Positions 50,045-58,253 of a stretch of 64,000 nucleotides of DNA are shown piece after piece. The stretch's first letter is position 1; every line of letters begins with the position of its first letter. The stretch spans positions 2,400,001-2,464,000 of the forward strand of contig OZ252098.1 in the NCBI GenBank assembly GCA_965248355.1, given 5' to 3'. The translations under genes and the position numbers were made by a program. Source of the DNA: Candidatus Latescibacterota bacterium. GTDB taxonomy: Bacteria; Latescibacterota; UBA2968; UBA8231. The notes under the pieces were generated by a model that was not told where the DNA came from, ran no database searches, and worked only from the letters and a program-made list of their open reading frames with translations.

Positions 50045-50126
50045 GCCTAACACCCGTGCCCCCGGCTCGGGCCCCTGCGGCCCTCGCTCAACCGCTTCGC
50101 GGTTCGGGGGCACGAAAACGTTAGGT
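50045..50126 (+). other. attC site 2 (82 bp)
   Basis: R'' GCCTAAC ... R' GTTAGGT; perfect CGTGCCCCCG/CGGGGGCACG stem; internal GGGCC/GGCCC and AACCGC-ttc-GCGGTT hairpins. Confidence 0.85.
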
Positions 50127-50195
50127 GTTTGATGGGTCAGCTTTCAGGTTTCACCTATCGACAGGTGATCCGAAAAGTGTGAGATTGAGGGGCCG

Positions 50196-50717
50196 GTGAT
50201 TGTTCGAATATCAGATAGACTTGGAAAGAAGATTGATCTGAGCCCGGACAGGGTTCTTCCCGCCGATCCCAATCCTTTCGCCGACTGGTCGTCCCACTTG
50301 TTTACGGCCGACCGAACTCAATACATCCTGATTTCCAACACGGCATCCCTCTACTCCATGGTGATGTTTGGCAGAGGTATGACCGATGATTGTCGGTTCT
50401 TGGATCGGATTACGGGCTACATGGGTGAATTCCTTCGAGCAGATGACCACGGATTCATCTTCGAGCGGTTGATCATACCCTGGCTCGAACGAGTGAGCTT
50501 CTCCAAGGCACTCAACCGATCCGTAATTGGTTCAATGAACGATCTCGTCTTCCAAGCTCAGCTTCATTTGATCGAAGGTGTCATGTCGCCGTTTGATGTA
50601 TCGTTTCGCTTGAATGAAGTACCCCTATCGTATTTGGAGCATGTCACTCCACGAGCGTCCTTTCAGCACCTTGCTGTCCAGGGCACGGAGAAGTCGAAGC
50701 TCGCGAGACCCTCCTAA
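50196..50717 (+). CDS. DUF6933-like protein (cassette 3)
   Basis: PFADWSSHLF..DR..YIL..N..SLYS.V, NRSVIGSMND, RLNEVP; begins 70 bp after attC2. Confidence 0.7.
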   Translation: MIVRISDRLGKKIDLSPDRVLPADPNPFADWSSHLFTADRTQYILISNTASLYSMVMFGRGMTDDCRFLDRITGYMGEFLRADDHGFIFERLIIPWLERVSFSKALNRSVIGSMNDLVFQAQLHLIEGVMSPFDVSFRLNEVPLSYLEHVTPRASFQHLAVQGTEKSKLARPS

Positions 50718-50900
50718 AGGATCACGCGAGATTACCGTGCCCCTGGCGTGAGGACAGGGGGCCTTCATAGTCTGGTTCTTGATCGGCTCTCATGCTTCCT
50801 GCGACCGGCTCATACCACGTCTGTAGGCACCCAAACGTCGCATGAGCCGGCGGCCCTCGCAGGACGGACCGTATCAACGCGGGTCGGTCTCGCTTTGGGC

Positions 50901-51020
50901 TCAGGCCAGCGTCTCGAGCACCTGTCCCAGCCGCGTGAAGGCCATCATCGCGGCGTAGGCGTAGCACAGAACTACGGAGGCGGGCAACGCGAAATCCTGG
51001 AACAGCTTCTTCCGTCGCAT
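50901..51020 (-). CDS. 39-aa hydrophobic small protein
   Basis: SD GAAAGGAG then ATG; MRRKKLFQDFALPASVVLCYAYAAMMAFTRLGQVLETLA (basic N-terminus plus one TM-like helix); sigma54 promoter just upstream. Confidence 0.65.
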   Translation of the reverse strand: MRRKKLFQDFALPASVVLCYAYAAMMAFTRLGQVLETLA

Positions 51021-51057
51021 CGTTTGCTCCTTTCGCAACGAAGACATCCGGTCCTGG

Positions 51058-51072
51058 GCAAGGATCGTGCCA
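51058..51072 (-). promoter_or_regulatory. Sigma54 (-24/-12) promoter
   Basis: Minus strand reads TGGCACGATCCTTGC, a match to TGGCACG-N4-TTGC. Confidence 0.75.
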
Positions 51073-51225
51073 GGGGCCCGCGAAGCCGGCGCTGGGCCTC
51101 GCGAGAAGGGTACGCCGCACACTGGTTGATCCCGGAATCACCGCGCTCTCTGGCCTCTCTGAAGGGTGTTCGCCCTCCCTCACTGGTGCAGTCTCCATGG
51201 GCGTGTCGCTGTTCGGTAGCGAACG

Positions 51226-51249
51226 GGACTGTCCGCATGGGGACAGTCC
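51226..51249. promoter_or_regulatory. Palindrome, candidate enhancer-binding-protein site (UAS)
   Basis: GGACTGTCC-gcatgg-GGACAGTCC containing TGT-N10-ACA (51230-51245), about 160 bp upstream of the sigma54 promoter. Confidence 0.5.
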
Positions 51250-51574
51250 TGAGCTGACCGGCCGCCAGCGGCTGGCCCCGGCGGGGATACAGGTGGCCAT
51301 GGCCCCCCTTTTTCCTTGACATTGTAGAGGGGACACTCCTGTACTGAGAAGGCTGTCCAGACGCAGGGCGAGGCCCGCCAGGTCAACGCTGCCAGCTACA
51401 AGGGTGCCAGGTTTCCGGTGGCAGGGCTCGACGGCAGAATGATCGGACGGGGGATACCTCGGGCCGCGTGGCGCAACTGTCAGAGTGAGTCGTCGGCCGT
51501 CGTTCCCTGGTCCCCACGGATCAGGCGGCGCAGGGTTCAGCGAGCATCGATCCTCATTCCTCAGGAGGACCACC

Positions 51575-54058
51575 ATTCATCGATCTGCCGCGGCGCTGGC
51601 CCTCGCTGTCCTCCTTCTCGAGGCGGGGCCAACCGAAGCCGATGAACAGCCCATCCCCTCCAGTGATGCGCAAATGCAGCACTGGATGGCGCACCCCCAG
51701 CGGACCGCTGTCGCGGTGCGCACGGAAACACCGCCTCGCCTGGACGGCGTCGTCGACGACGAGATCTGGAAGCGCGCCCCTCTGAACGAGGGCTTCACGC
51801 AGAGCGATCCGGACGACGGCGAGCCGGCGTCGCTGCGCACGACCTTCCAGGTGGCCTACGACGACGACGCCCTCTACATCGCCGCCGTCTGCTACGACGA
51901 TCCCGACAGCGTCACCGCCGCCCTGGCGAGGCGCGACGAATCGCGCGAGCGCGACTTCCTCGAGATCAACCTCGACCCCCACCACGACCATCAGACGGGC
52001 GTCTGGTTCAACGTCGGCCCCTCGGGCTGGATCGGGGACGGGATCATCTACAACGACGACGACTTCGACGACGGCTGGGACAGTGTAGCCGAGGCCGCCA
52101 CGGCGATGCGGCCGGACGGCTGGAGCGTGGAGCTGAAGATCCCCTACCACGCCCTGCGCTTCGGGGAGAAGGAGACGTGGGGGATCAACGTCTTCCGCAA
52201 GATCAGCCGCCGGGCCGAGTGGGCGGCATGGAGCCACACACCCCGGGGCGTCACCGGATACGCCTCGCGCTTCGGCCACCTCGAGGGGATCGTGGGGATC
52301 GAGCCGCGGCGCAGTCTCGAGATCCTGCCCTTCACCCTGGGCCGCGGCATCCTGCCCGTGGGAAACGGCGGCGGCGAGCACGAGTTGTCCTCCGCCGCCG
52401 GCCTCGACCTGCGCTACGGCCTGTCATCCAACATCTCCCTCAATGCCACCGTCAACCCGGACTTCGGCCAGGTCGAAGGCGACCCGGCGGTGCTCAACCT
52501 GACCGTCTTCGAGACCCGCCACCGCGAGCGCCGGCCCTTCTTCCTGGAGGGCATCCAGATCTTCCAATCCCCCCGCCCGGGCATCACGGGCGTTACCGGG
52601 CAGGCGCGCCTGTTCCACTCGCGGCGCATCGGCCGGCCCCCCTCGCGGTTCCCCCTTCCCCCTGACAGCCGGGAGCTGGAGCGTCCCGACCACACCACGA
52701 TCCTCGGCGCCGTCAAGCTCTCGGGCAAGACCGGGGGACGCACGGCCTTCGGTCTCCTCAACGCCGTCACCGGCCGCGAGGAGGTGCTCGTCGAGCAGGC
52801 CGACACGGTGCGCCGCCACGTCGAGGTCGAGCCGGTCACCAACTACCTGGTCGGCCGCGTGCAGCAGGACCTGCTGACCAACTCCACCGCCGGCGCCGAG
52901 GTCACGGCGGTCAACGGCCGCGGCTTCGACCCGGCCTATGTCGGGGCCGGGGACCTGCACCTCAAGTGGCGGGACAACGCTTACCGGTTCTACACCCGTC
53001 TCGCCGTGAGCCGCGCCAGACAGGGGGAGGATCGCGGCACCGGCTGGGAGGGTCTCATGAACTTCAGGAAGTCGGGAGGTGCCTTCGGCGGCGAGGTCCA
53101 TGTGGACGCGCGGTCCCCCGCCTTCCAGGTCAACGACCTGGGATACATGAAGCCCCGCAACCGCATTCAGACGGGCCTGGGGCTCTATCACCACAAGCTC
53201 CACCCCTACTGGCTGGCCCGCCGTTCCGGGTATGAGCTCGACTTCTGGGTCCGCTGGAACTACGCCCGCGTGCAACTGTTCCGGGGGGTGGCCTTCAACA
53301 CCTGGCACCAGCTGCACAACTACTGGGGTTTCCGGGCCCAGGTGCTCCACAACCTCGAGGGCCTCAACGAGGTGGTCACCCGCGGCGGACCGATCATGGT
53401 CGCACCGTCCGACAACAGGATCAGCCTGAATGTGTGGACCGATGGCCGCAAGCCCGTCAGCGGCCGGTTCGGCTGGAACTTCTTCGAGAGCCGGGGCGGC
53501 GACAACCTGAGATCGGGGGTCTGGGCCGGTCTCGAGTTCAGGCCCATGTCCCAGCTCAGCGTGGAGATCGGGCCGAGCTACAACTACCAGCGCAACTTCG
53601 CCCAGTGGCTGCAGAACAAGGACGAGGACGGCGACGGCGAGGACGACCGCTTCATCTTCGGCGAGCTCGAGAGCCGCGTCCTGGACATCAGCGTGCGCGG
53701 CGACTGGACCTTCACGCCCACCTTGAGCCTGCAGCTCTACGCCCAGCCCTTCGTGACCACCGGCGACTACGGCGACATCAAGGAGCTGGCGCGACCGAGG
53801 TCCTACGAGTTCCTCCCCCATGCCGGCTTCGACGGGAACCCCGACTTCCACTTCCGCTCATTCCATTCCAACCTGGTGCTGCGCTGGGAGTTCCGGCCCG
53901 GCAGCACCCTCTTCGTCGTCTGGCAGCAGAGCCGCGACCGCAGCTTCGGCGACACCCTCGACCCGCGGTTCCAACCCGCCGGCGACCTGGGAAACACCTT
54001 CCTCGACCCGGGGCAGAGCATCTTCCTGGTCAAGGGCAACTGGTGGTTGGGGCTGTGA
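51575..54058 (+). CDS. CBM9-like + DUF5916 outer-membrane protein (apparent ATT start)
   Basis: PRLDGVVDD..W, YDDDALY, GWSVELKIPY, NATVNPDFGQVE.DP, ERRPFFLEG, LFHSRRIG, SNLVLRWEFRPGS, terminal KGNWW. Confidence 0.88.
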   Translation: MHRSAAALALAVLLLEAGPTEADEQPIPSSDAQMQHWMAHPQRTAVAVRTETPPRLDGVVDDEIWKRAPLNEGFTQSDPDDGEPASLRTTFQVAYDDDALYIAAVCYDDPDSVTAALARRDESRERDFLEINLDPHHDHQTGVWFNVGPSGWIGDGIIYNDDDFDDGWDSVAEAATAMRPDGWSVELKIPYHALRFGEKETWGINVFRKISRRAEWAAWSHTPRGVTGYASRFGHLEGIVGIEPRRSLEILPFTLGRGILPVGNGGGEHELSSAAGLDLRYGLSSNISLNATVNPDFGQVEGDPAVLNLTVFETRHRERRPFFLEGIQIFQSPRPGITGVTGQARLFHSRRIGRPPSRFPLPPDSRELERPDHTTILGAVKLSGKTGGRTAFGLLNAVTGREEVLVEQADTVRRHVEVEPVTNYLVGRVQQDLLTNSTAGAEVTAVNGRGFDPAYVGAGDLHLKWRDNAYRFYTRLAVSRARQGEDRGTGWEGLMNFRKSGGAFGGEVHVDARSPAFQVNDLGYMKPRNRIQTGLGLYHHKLHPYWLARRSGYELDFWVRWNYARVQLFRGVAFNTWHQLHNYWGFRAQVLHNLEGLNEVVTRGGPIMVAPSDNRISLNVWTDGRKPVSGRFGWNFFESRGGDNLRSGVWAGLEFRPMSQLSVEIGPSYNYQRNFAQWLQNKDEDGDGEDDRFIFGELESRVLDISVRGDWTFTPTLSLQLYAQPFVTTGDYGDIKELARPRSYEFLPHAGFDGNPDFHFRSFHSNLVLRWEFRPGSTLFVVWQQSRDRSFGDTLDPRFQPAGDLGNTFLDPGQSIFLVKGNWWLGL

Positions 54059-55497
54059 AGGCTGGGCAACTCGTGAGCCGCGACCTCATCCATCCCCACC
54101 GGCACAAGCAGCTCTTCCTGGACGACGACGCCATCGAGGCCATGTCCGGCCTTCGACGCGTGCTGCACCGCCCCGAGCGCTACGGGCCCGTTCTGCGAAC
54201 GGACCGCTCCCGGGGAGAGAAACACGTGCAGAGCGCCAGCGTGCCCCAGTGGAATTCGGAAAAGTCTCTCTGGGAGTGGTGGTACAGGGGCTACCCCGCC
54301 TACACCGAGGACGGCCTCTGCCTCTACGCCACCTCGACAGACGGCCGCCACTGGGAACAGCCCGACAACATCGCCTACCGGTCGCCGGAGCGCTCCCTGT
54401 ATCACGTCATCCGCGACGAGGGCGACGGGGATCCCCGGCGCCGCTACAAGGCCTTCTTCAGCGACACCGACCACATGAACCGCTGTCCCGGGATGTCGCC
54501 CGACGGTCTTCAGTGGACCTTTCCGGATGGGCCCCCCATCCCCAGTCAGGATACCTCCCAGCTCATCCGCGACGACCTGGGCCAACGCTACCTGGCCACG
54601 GTGAAGCACCGCACCGAGTGGGGCCGCTCGGCCTGGCTGACGACCAGCCCCGACTTCGTCCACTGGACCGACCCGGTGCTCATCCTCCACACCGACGAGA
54701 TCGACCAGGAGAACCGCAGGCGCCGGATCCAGGAGGTCGTCGACGACCCGGCCTATCTCTCTCCTCCGGCCGTCGACGACAGGGAATACATCGCCCAGCT
54801 CTACATGCTGCCGGTCATGACCTACGAGGGTCTGTACATCGGCTTCCCCTTGCTCTTCAATCCCTCCGGCGCCGATCCGGAGCACACCAACCACACCGGC
54901 CTCAACCAGGTGGAACTGGCCGTGTCGAGGGACGCCCATCACTGGCACCGGGTGGCCGACCGCGCCGTCTTCGTCGGGGTGGAACCCTGGGAGGGCGGCG
55001 CCAACTTCGGCAATGCCCAGGTAGCTCTGTGCGGCCCCCCCATCGTGCGCGGGCAGGAGATCTGGATCTACTACAACGCCTATCGTTTTCGCGGACACCG
55101 GAACCTCTTTGCCGGTCTCGATCCCGCCATCTACAACGATGCCTTCTGGGAGGAGAGCGGGGCCATCTGTCTGGCCAGACTGCGACTGGACGGCTTCGTC
55201 TCCCTCGACGCGTCCACGGAGGGTGAGCTCCTCACCGCTTCCTTCCTATGGGGGGGAGAGGAATTGTTGGTGAACGCCGATACCGGCGACGGCGAGATGC
55301 TCGTGGAAATGGTGGACGCGGAGAGCCATGCGCCCTTGCCCGGCCGGTCGGCCGGTGAGTGCCGGCCCCTGCGAGGAAATCACCTGCGCGAAACCGTCAC
55401 GTGGGGGGAAGGGACTGCGGCTGCATCTGCCGAAGTCCCCGTACGCCTGCGCTTCCACCTGCGGAAGGCGCGGCTCTACAGCTTCTGGCTGGAGTGA
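54055..55497 (+). CDS. Glycoside-hydrolase-like beta-propeller protein (GH32/43/130-like) of unknown specificity
   Basis: KQLFLDD, YATSTDGRHW, SPDGLQW, SPDFVHW, SRDAHHW Asp-box-like repeats, LRLDGFVSL, LYSF; GTGA coupling. Confidence 0.7.
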   Translation: MKAGQLVSRDLIHPHRHKQLFLDDDAIEAMSGLRRVLHRPERYGPVLRTDRSRGEKHVQSASVPQWNSEKSLWEWWYRGYPAYTEDGLCLYATSTDGRHWEQPDNIAYRSPERSLYHVIRDEGDGDPRRRYKAFFSDTDHMNRCPGMSPDGLQWTFPDGPPIPSQDTSQLIRDDLGQRYLATVKHRTEWGRSAWLTTSPDFVHWTDPVLILHTDEIDQENRRRRIQEVVDDPAYLSPPAVDDREYIAQLYMLPVMTYEGLYIGFPLLFNPSGADPEHTNHTGLNQVELAVSRDAHHWHRVADRAVFVGVEPWEGGANFGNAQVALCGPPIVRGQEIWIYYNAYRFRGHRNLFAGLDPAIYNDAFWEESGAICLARLRLDGFVSLDASTEGELLTASFLWGGEELLVNADTGDGEMLVEMVDAESHAPLPGRSAGECRPLRGNHLRETVTWGEGTAAASAEVPVRLRFHLRKARLYSFWLE

Positions 55498-55501
55498 GGG
55501 A

Positions 55502-56035
55502 TCAGGCCGGGCGCTCCAGCAGGTGGGGACAGTGCCGCCGGACGAGATCCAGACGCTCGCCCAGCTCGGCCAGCCACAGGGTGCGGGCGCTGGCGAGCTG
55601 GGCGATGTCCAGGTTATGCGCCTTCTGCAGGAGGGTGCTGCTCAGATCGGCGCCGGACAGATCCGCTTCGTCGAGGTCGGCGCCTACCAATAGAGCGCTG
55701 CGCAGGTCCACGCCCCCCAGATCAGCCCCCCGCAGATCCGCCCGGCTGAGATTCGTGCCGCGGCCATCGGCGCCATGCAGATCGGCCTGCCCCAGGACGG
55801 CCTCCGTCAGGTTGGCGCTGCTGATGTCGGCCTGCCGCAGATTCGCCTCGGTGAAGTCGGCGCTGTCGAGGATGGCCACCGAGAGAACGGCGCCCGACAG
55901 GTCCATGCCGGTGCAGTCGAGGCCTTTGAGGTTGGCGGAGTACAGGTCGGGCCGCACCCCGGGCTTCTCTCGCCGCCACTGGTTCCAGACTTCCGTCCCC
56001 TCTTTGATGAGGGACACGTGCTCTTCCCGTGCCAC
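55502..56035 (-). CDS. Pentapeptide repeat protein
   Basis: WNQWR..PDL then A(D/N)LxG repeats. Confidence 0.93.
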   Translation of the reverse strand: MAREEHVSLIKEGTEVWNQWRREKPGVRPDLYSANLKGLDCTGMDLSGAVLSVAILDSADFTEANLRQADISSANLTEAVLGQADLHGADGRGTNLSRADLRGADLGGVDLRSALLVGADLDEADLSGADLSSTLLQKAHNLDIAQLASARTLWLAELGERLDLVRRHCPHLLERPA

Positions 56036-56117
56036 GCGTCGTTGCTCCTTGTGCTACTCAACACCCTCTGGCGGACGGGTCCAATACAATCCCGGAGATC
56101 GCCGAGGCCATTGAGCA

Positions 56118-56456
56118 TCAAGGGCCGATGATCTCATTCAACCCTTCGATTGTCCGTCCCAACTCTTCGGGAGATGCAGACCCCAGTCTTCGACCAATTC
56201 GGTCTATGGACAAGGTGCGGACCTGCCCGACCTTGACCCACGATTGCCTGGGCAGATCTTCAGAAGCAAGAGGCAGAGTCAGTGGGAAACCTGCTCGTTG
56301 CCGTTGGCTCGTAATCGCCATGGCGATTACCGTACCCGAGCGCTGGTTGAATACCTCCTGACTCAGGACGAGAACCGGACGATGCCCGGCCTGTTCCTGG
56401 CCCCGGGTCGGATTCAGGTCCGCCCAGCGGATGTCTCCTCTCAGTATTCGGGCCAA
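56118..56456 (-). CDS. mazF: MazF/PemK family toxin
   Basis: RGDIRWADLNPTRGQEQAGHRPVLVLS...FN...AITS...QVRTLS..R. Confidence 0.92.
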   Translation of the reverse strand: MARILRGDIRWADLNPTRGQEQAGHRPVLVLSQEVFNQRSGTVIAMAITSQRQRAGFPLTLPLASEDLPRQSWVKVGQVRTLSIDRIGRRLGSASPEELGRTIEGLNEIIGP

Positions 56457-56683
56457 GTCTTCACGTCCTCCGCGAGCCCTTCCTCGGCCGATTCCTGTTC
56501 GACCACGGGGTCCAATTTCGCACATTCGCGGGCCAGACGGCCGCGACTGAGCCGTTCCAGCTTTTCGGCTACGGCTTCCTGAATCATCTGACTCCGGTTC
56601 TTGAATGCGCGCTGATTGACCAGGTAGTCCAGGTGCCTGACGATGTTCTCGTCCAGTGTGATCGCGACTTTTGCTTTCCCCAT
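56441..56683 (-). CDS. CopG/RHH antitoxin paired with MazF
   Basis: KVAITLD...NRS..IQEAV, LARECAKLDP..E, WPEY; overlaps mazF. Confidence 0.88.
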   Translation of the reverse strand: MGKAKVAITLDENIVRHLDYLVNQRAFKNRSQMIQEAVAEKLERLSRGRLARECAKLDPVVEQESAEEGLAEDVKTWPEY

Positions 56684-56771
56684 ATGTCCATGTCCTCCGG
56701 ATATGGCAATTTATCATACCACGGGCAGTAGTCAAGCGCCGTCGGGAAACGCCGGGATTTCCACCAGCGGC

Positions 56772-58205
56772 TCAAGTGATCTCGGACCGCAGGAAGGCGA
56801 CGTTGGCCGCCATGAAGGCCAGCAGCGCGAACAGGGCCAGCAGCGCGAGATCGGTCGAGGTGTCGGCCAGCACCGAGCCGGTGGAGAGCCGCTCGCGGAA
56901 GAGGGGGATCACCTCGAAGGGCACGGGCAGTTGCGACAGGCCCGGGGCCAGCCCGAAGAGGTGATGGCTGTCCGGGTCGGCCTGGTCGCGTTCCTCGGTG
57001 AAGCGGCGGAAGTCCAGGGCGTAGCGGCGGCCGTCCTCGATGAAGCGCAGGTGCCGGGGCAGGCCCGTGCCCGCCAGGGATTCCAGGGCGTACTGGAGGA
57101 TGCCGTAGGGGCTGAGACGGTTGACCAGGGCCCCCGCCTCGACCGGCCGCAGCTGCCGGCGCAGCTTCTCCTCGTGGAAATCGCGGTCCAGGCGGAAGCG
57201 CGCCCTCAGGAAGTCGCTCAGCTCCCGCAGGAGCGCGGCGGGAGGACGCTCGCCAGGCCCGACGGAGCCGCCCTTGCGGTGGATCTGGTGCTCCTCCGCC
57301 AGCGCCTGCACCTGCGATTGGTGGCGCCGCCCGTCCATCTGCGGCTCCTGGAAGTAGCTCACCGCGCCCGAGACCGTGTTCGGCAGCAGCACCAGCAGCA
57401 CCGTCCACGCGAGCAGCAGCACCACCAGGGCCGAGGAGGCCCGCTCGCTCAGGCAGGAGACGAGCAGGCCGAGGCCGACGAAGCAGGCCAGGTAGAGCAG
57501 GCAGGCGAGGTAGACTGGTGCCAGGCGCAGGAAGAGATCCGAGCCCAGCGGGACGGGGCCGGACAGACCGAGGATGAGCAGGTTCAGGAGAATCCCGAGG
57601 GTGAGAGCGACGGCGAGGACGATCCAGGCGGCGGTGAACTTGCCCAGCAGCAGGCCGAAACGCGGCACCGGCCCCGAGAGGGCGAGCTTGAGGGTGCCCG
57701 TCTCGCGCTCGCCGCAGACGCCGTCGTAGGTGAGCAGCAGGGCCATGAGGCTGAGGCAGAAGCCGACGATGAACACCCAGTCGACCTCGACGAAGTCGGG
57801 GACGATGCCCGCGGTGGGACGCAGCACCGGATCCTGGTATTGGAGGACCCACGGCATATGGATGCTGAAGCCCGAAGCCCAGGTGTACGAGCCGGTTTGG
57901 GTCGCCCAGATCGTTTTGGGCAGAAAGTCCTCGCGTCCGAAAGCGATGAAGGAGAAGGGGCTCGGCCGCTTGAGCAGCCAGCTTGGCCCCCGGACCGCCA
58001 GCTCGCCGAGGTTCCAACCCTCGAGCCCTCCCTCGTGGATGTGCAGCCTCTCCTGGTACCGCTCAATAGCCCGCTCATGCCCGGAGCCGCCGCTGAAGAC
58101 GACGCCGTTCACCGCCATGAGGGCCGTGGTGATCAGCAGGGTCAGGGCGAAGCGCAGACTGGTGAGGTGATCGGCCAGCTCCCGCCGCAGGATCGCCGCG
58201 ATCAC
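56772..58205 (-). CDS. ABC-2 type transporter permease
   Basis: ILRREL.D.L.S.RF, LLTYDGVCGERETGTLKL.LS.PVPR..LLLGK, multiple TM helices. Confidence 0.88.
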   Translation of the reverse strand: MIAAILRRELADHLTSLRFALTLLITTALMAVNGVVFSGGSGHERAIERYQERLHIHEGGLEGWNLGELAVRGPSWLLKRPSPFSFIAFGREDFLPKTIWATQTGSYTWASGFSIHMPWVLQYQDPVLRPTAGIVPDFVEVDWVFIVGFCLSLMALLLTYDGVCGERETGTLKLALSGPVPRFGLLLGKFTAAWIVLAVALTLGILLNLLILGLSGPVPLGSDLFLRLAPVYLACLLYLACFVGLGLLVSCLSERASSALVVLLLAWTVLLVLLPNTVSGAVSYFQEPQMDGRRHQSQVQALAEEHQIHRKGGSVGPGERPPAALLRELSDFLRARFRLDRDFHEEKLRRQLRPVEAGALVNRLSPYGILQYALESLAGTGLPRHLRFIEDGRRYALDFRRFTEERDQADPDSHHLFGLAPGLSQLPVPFEVIPLFRERLSTGSVLADTSTDLALLALFALLAFMAANVAFLRSEIT

Positions 58206-58253
58206 GGCCGCCCCTCCGAGCCCCGGATCCCCAGGTTGTTCATCGATCCCTCC

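Noticed and set aside
50705..50800. Expected third attC after the DUF6933-like gene
   Set aside because: No ACCTAAC/RYYYAAC box or matching GTTRRRY found; the cassette appears truncated.
51316..51345. TTGACA as a sigma70 promoter for the DUF5916 gene
   Set aside because: No convincing -10 hexamer at 16-18 bp spacing.
55640..55950. 15-bp periodicity
   Set aside because: Explained by pentapeptide repeat coding.
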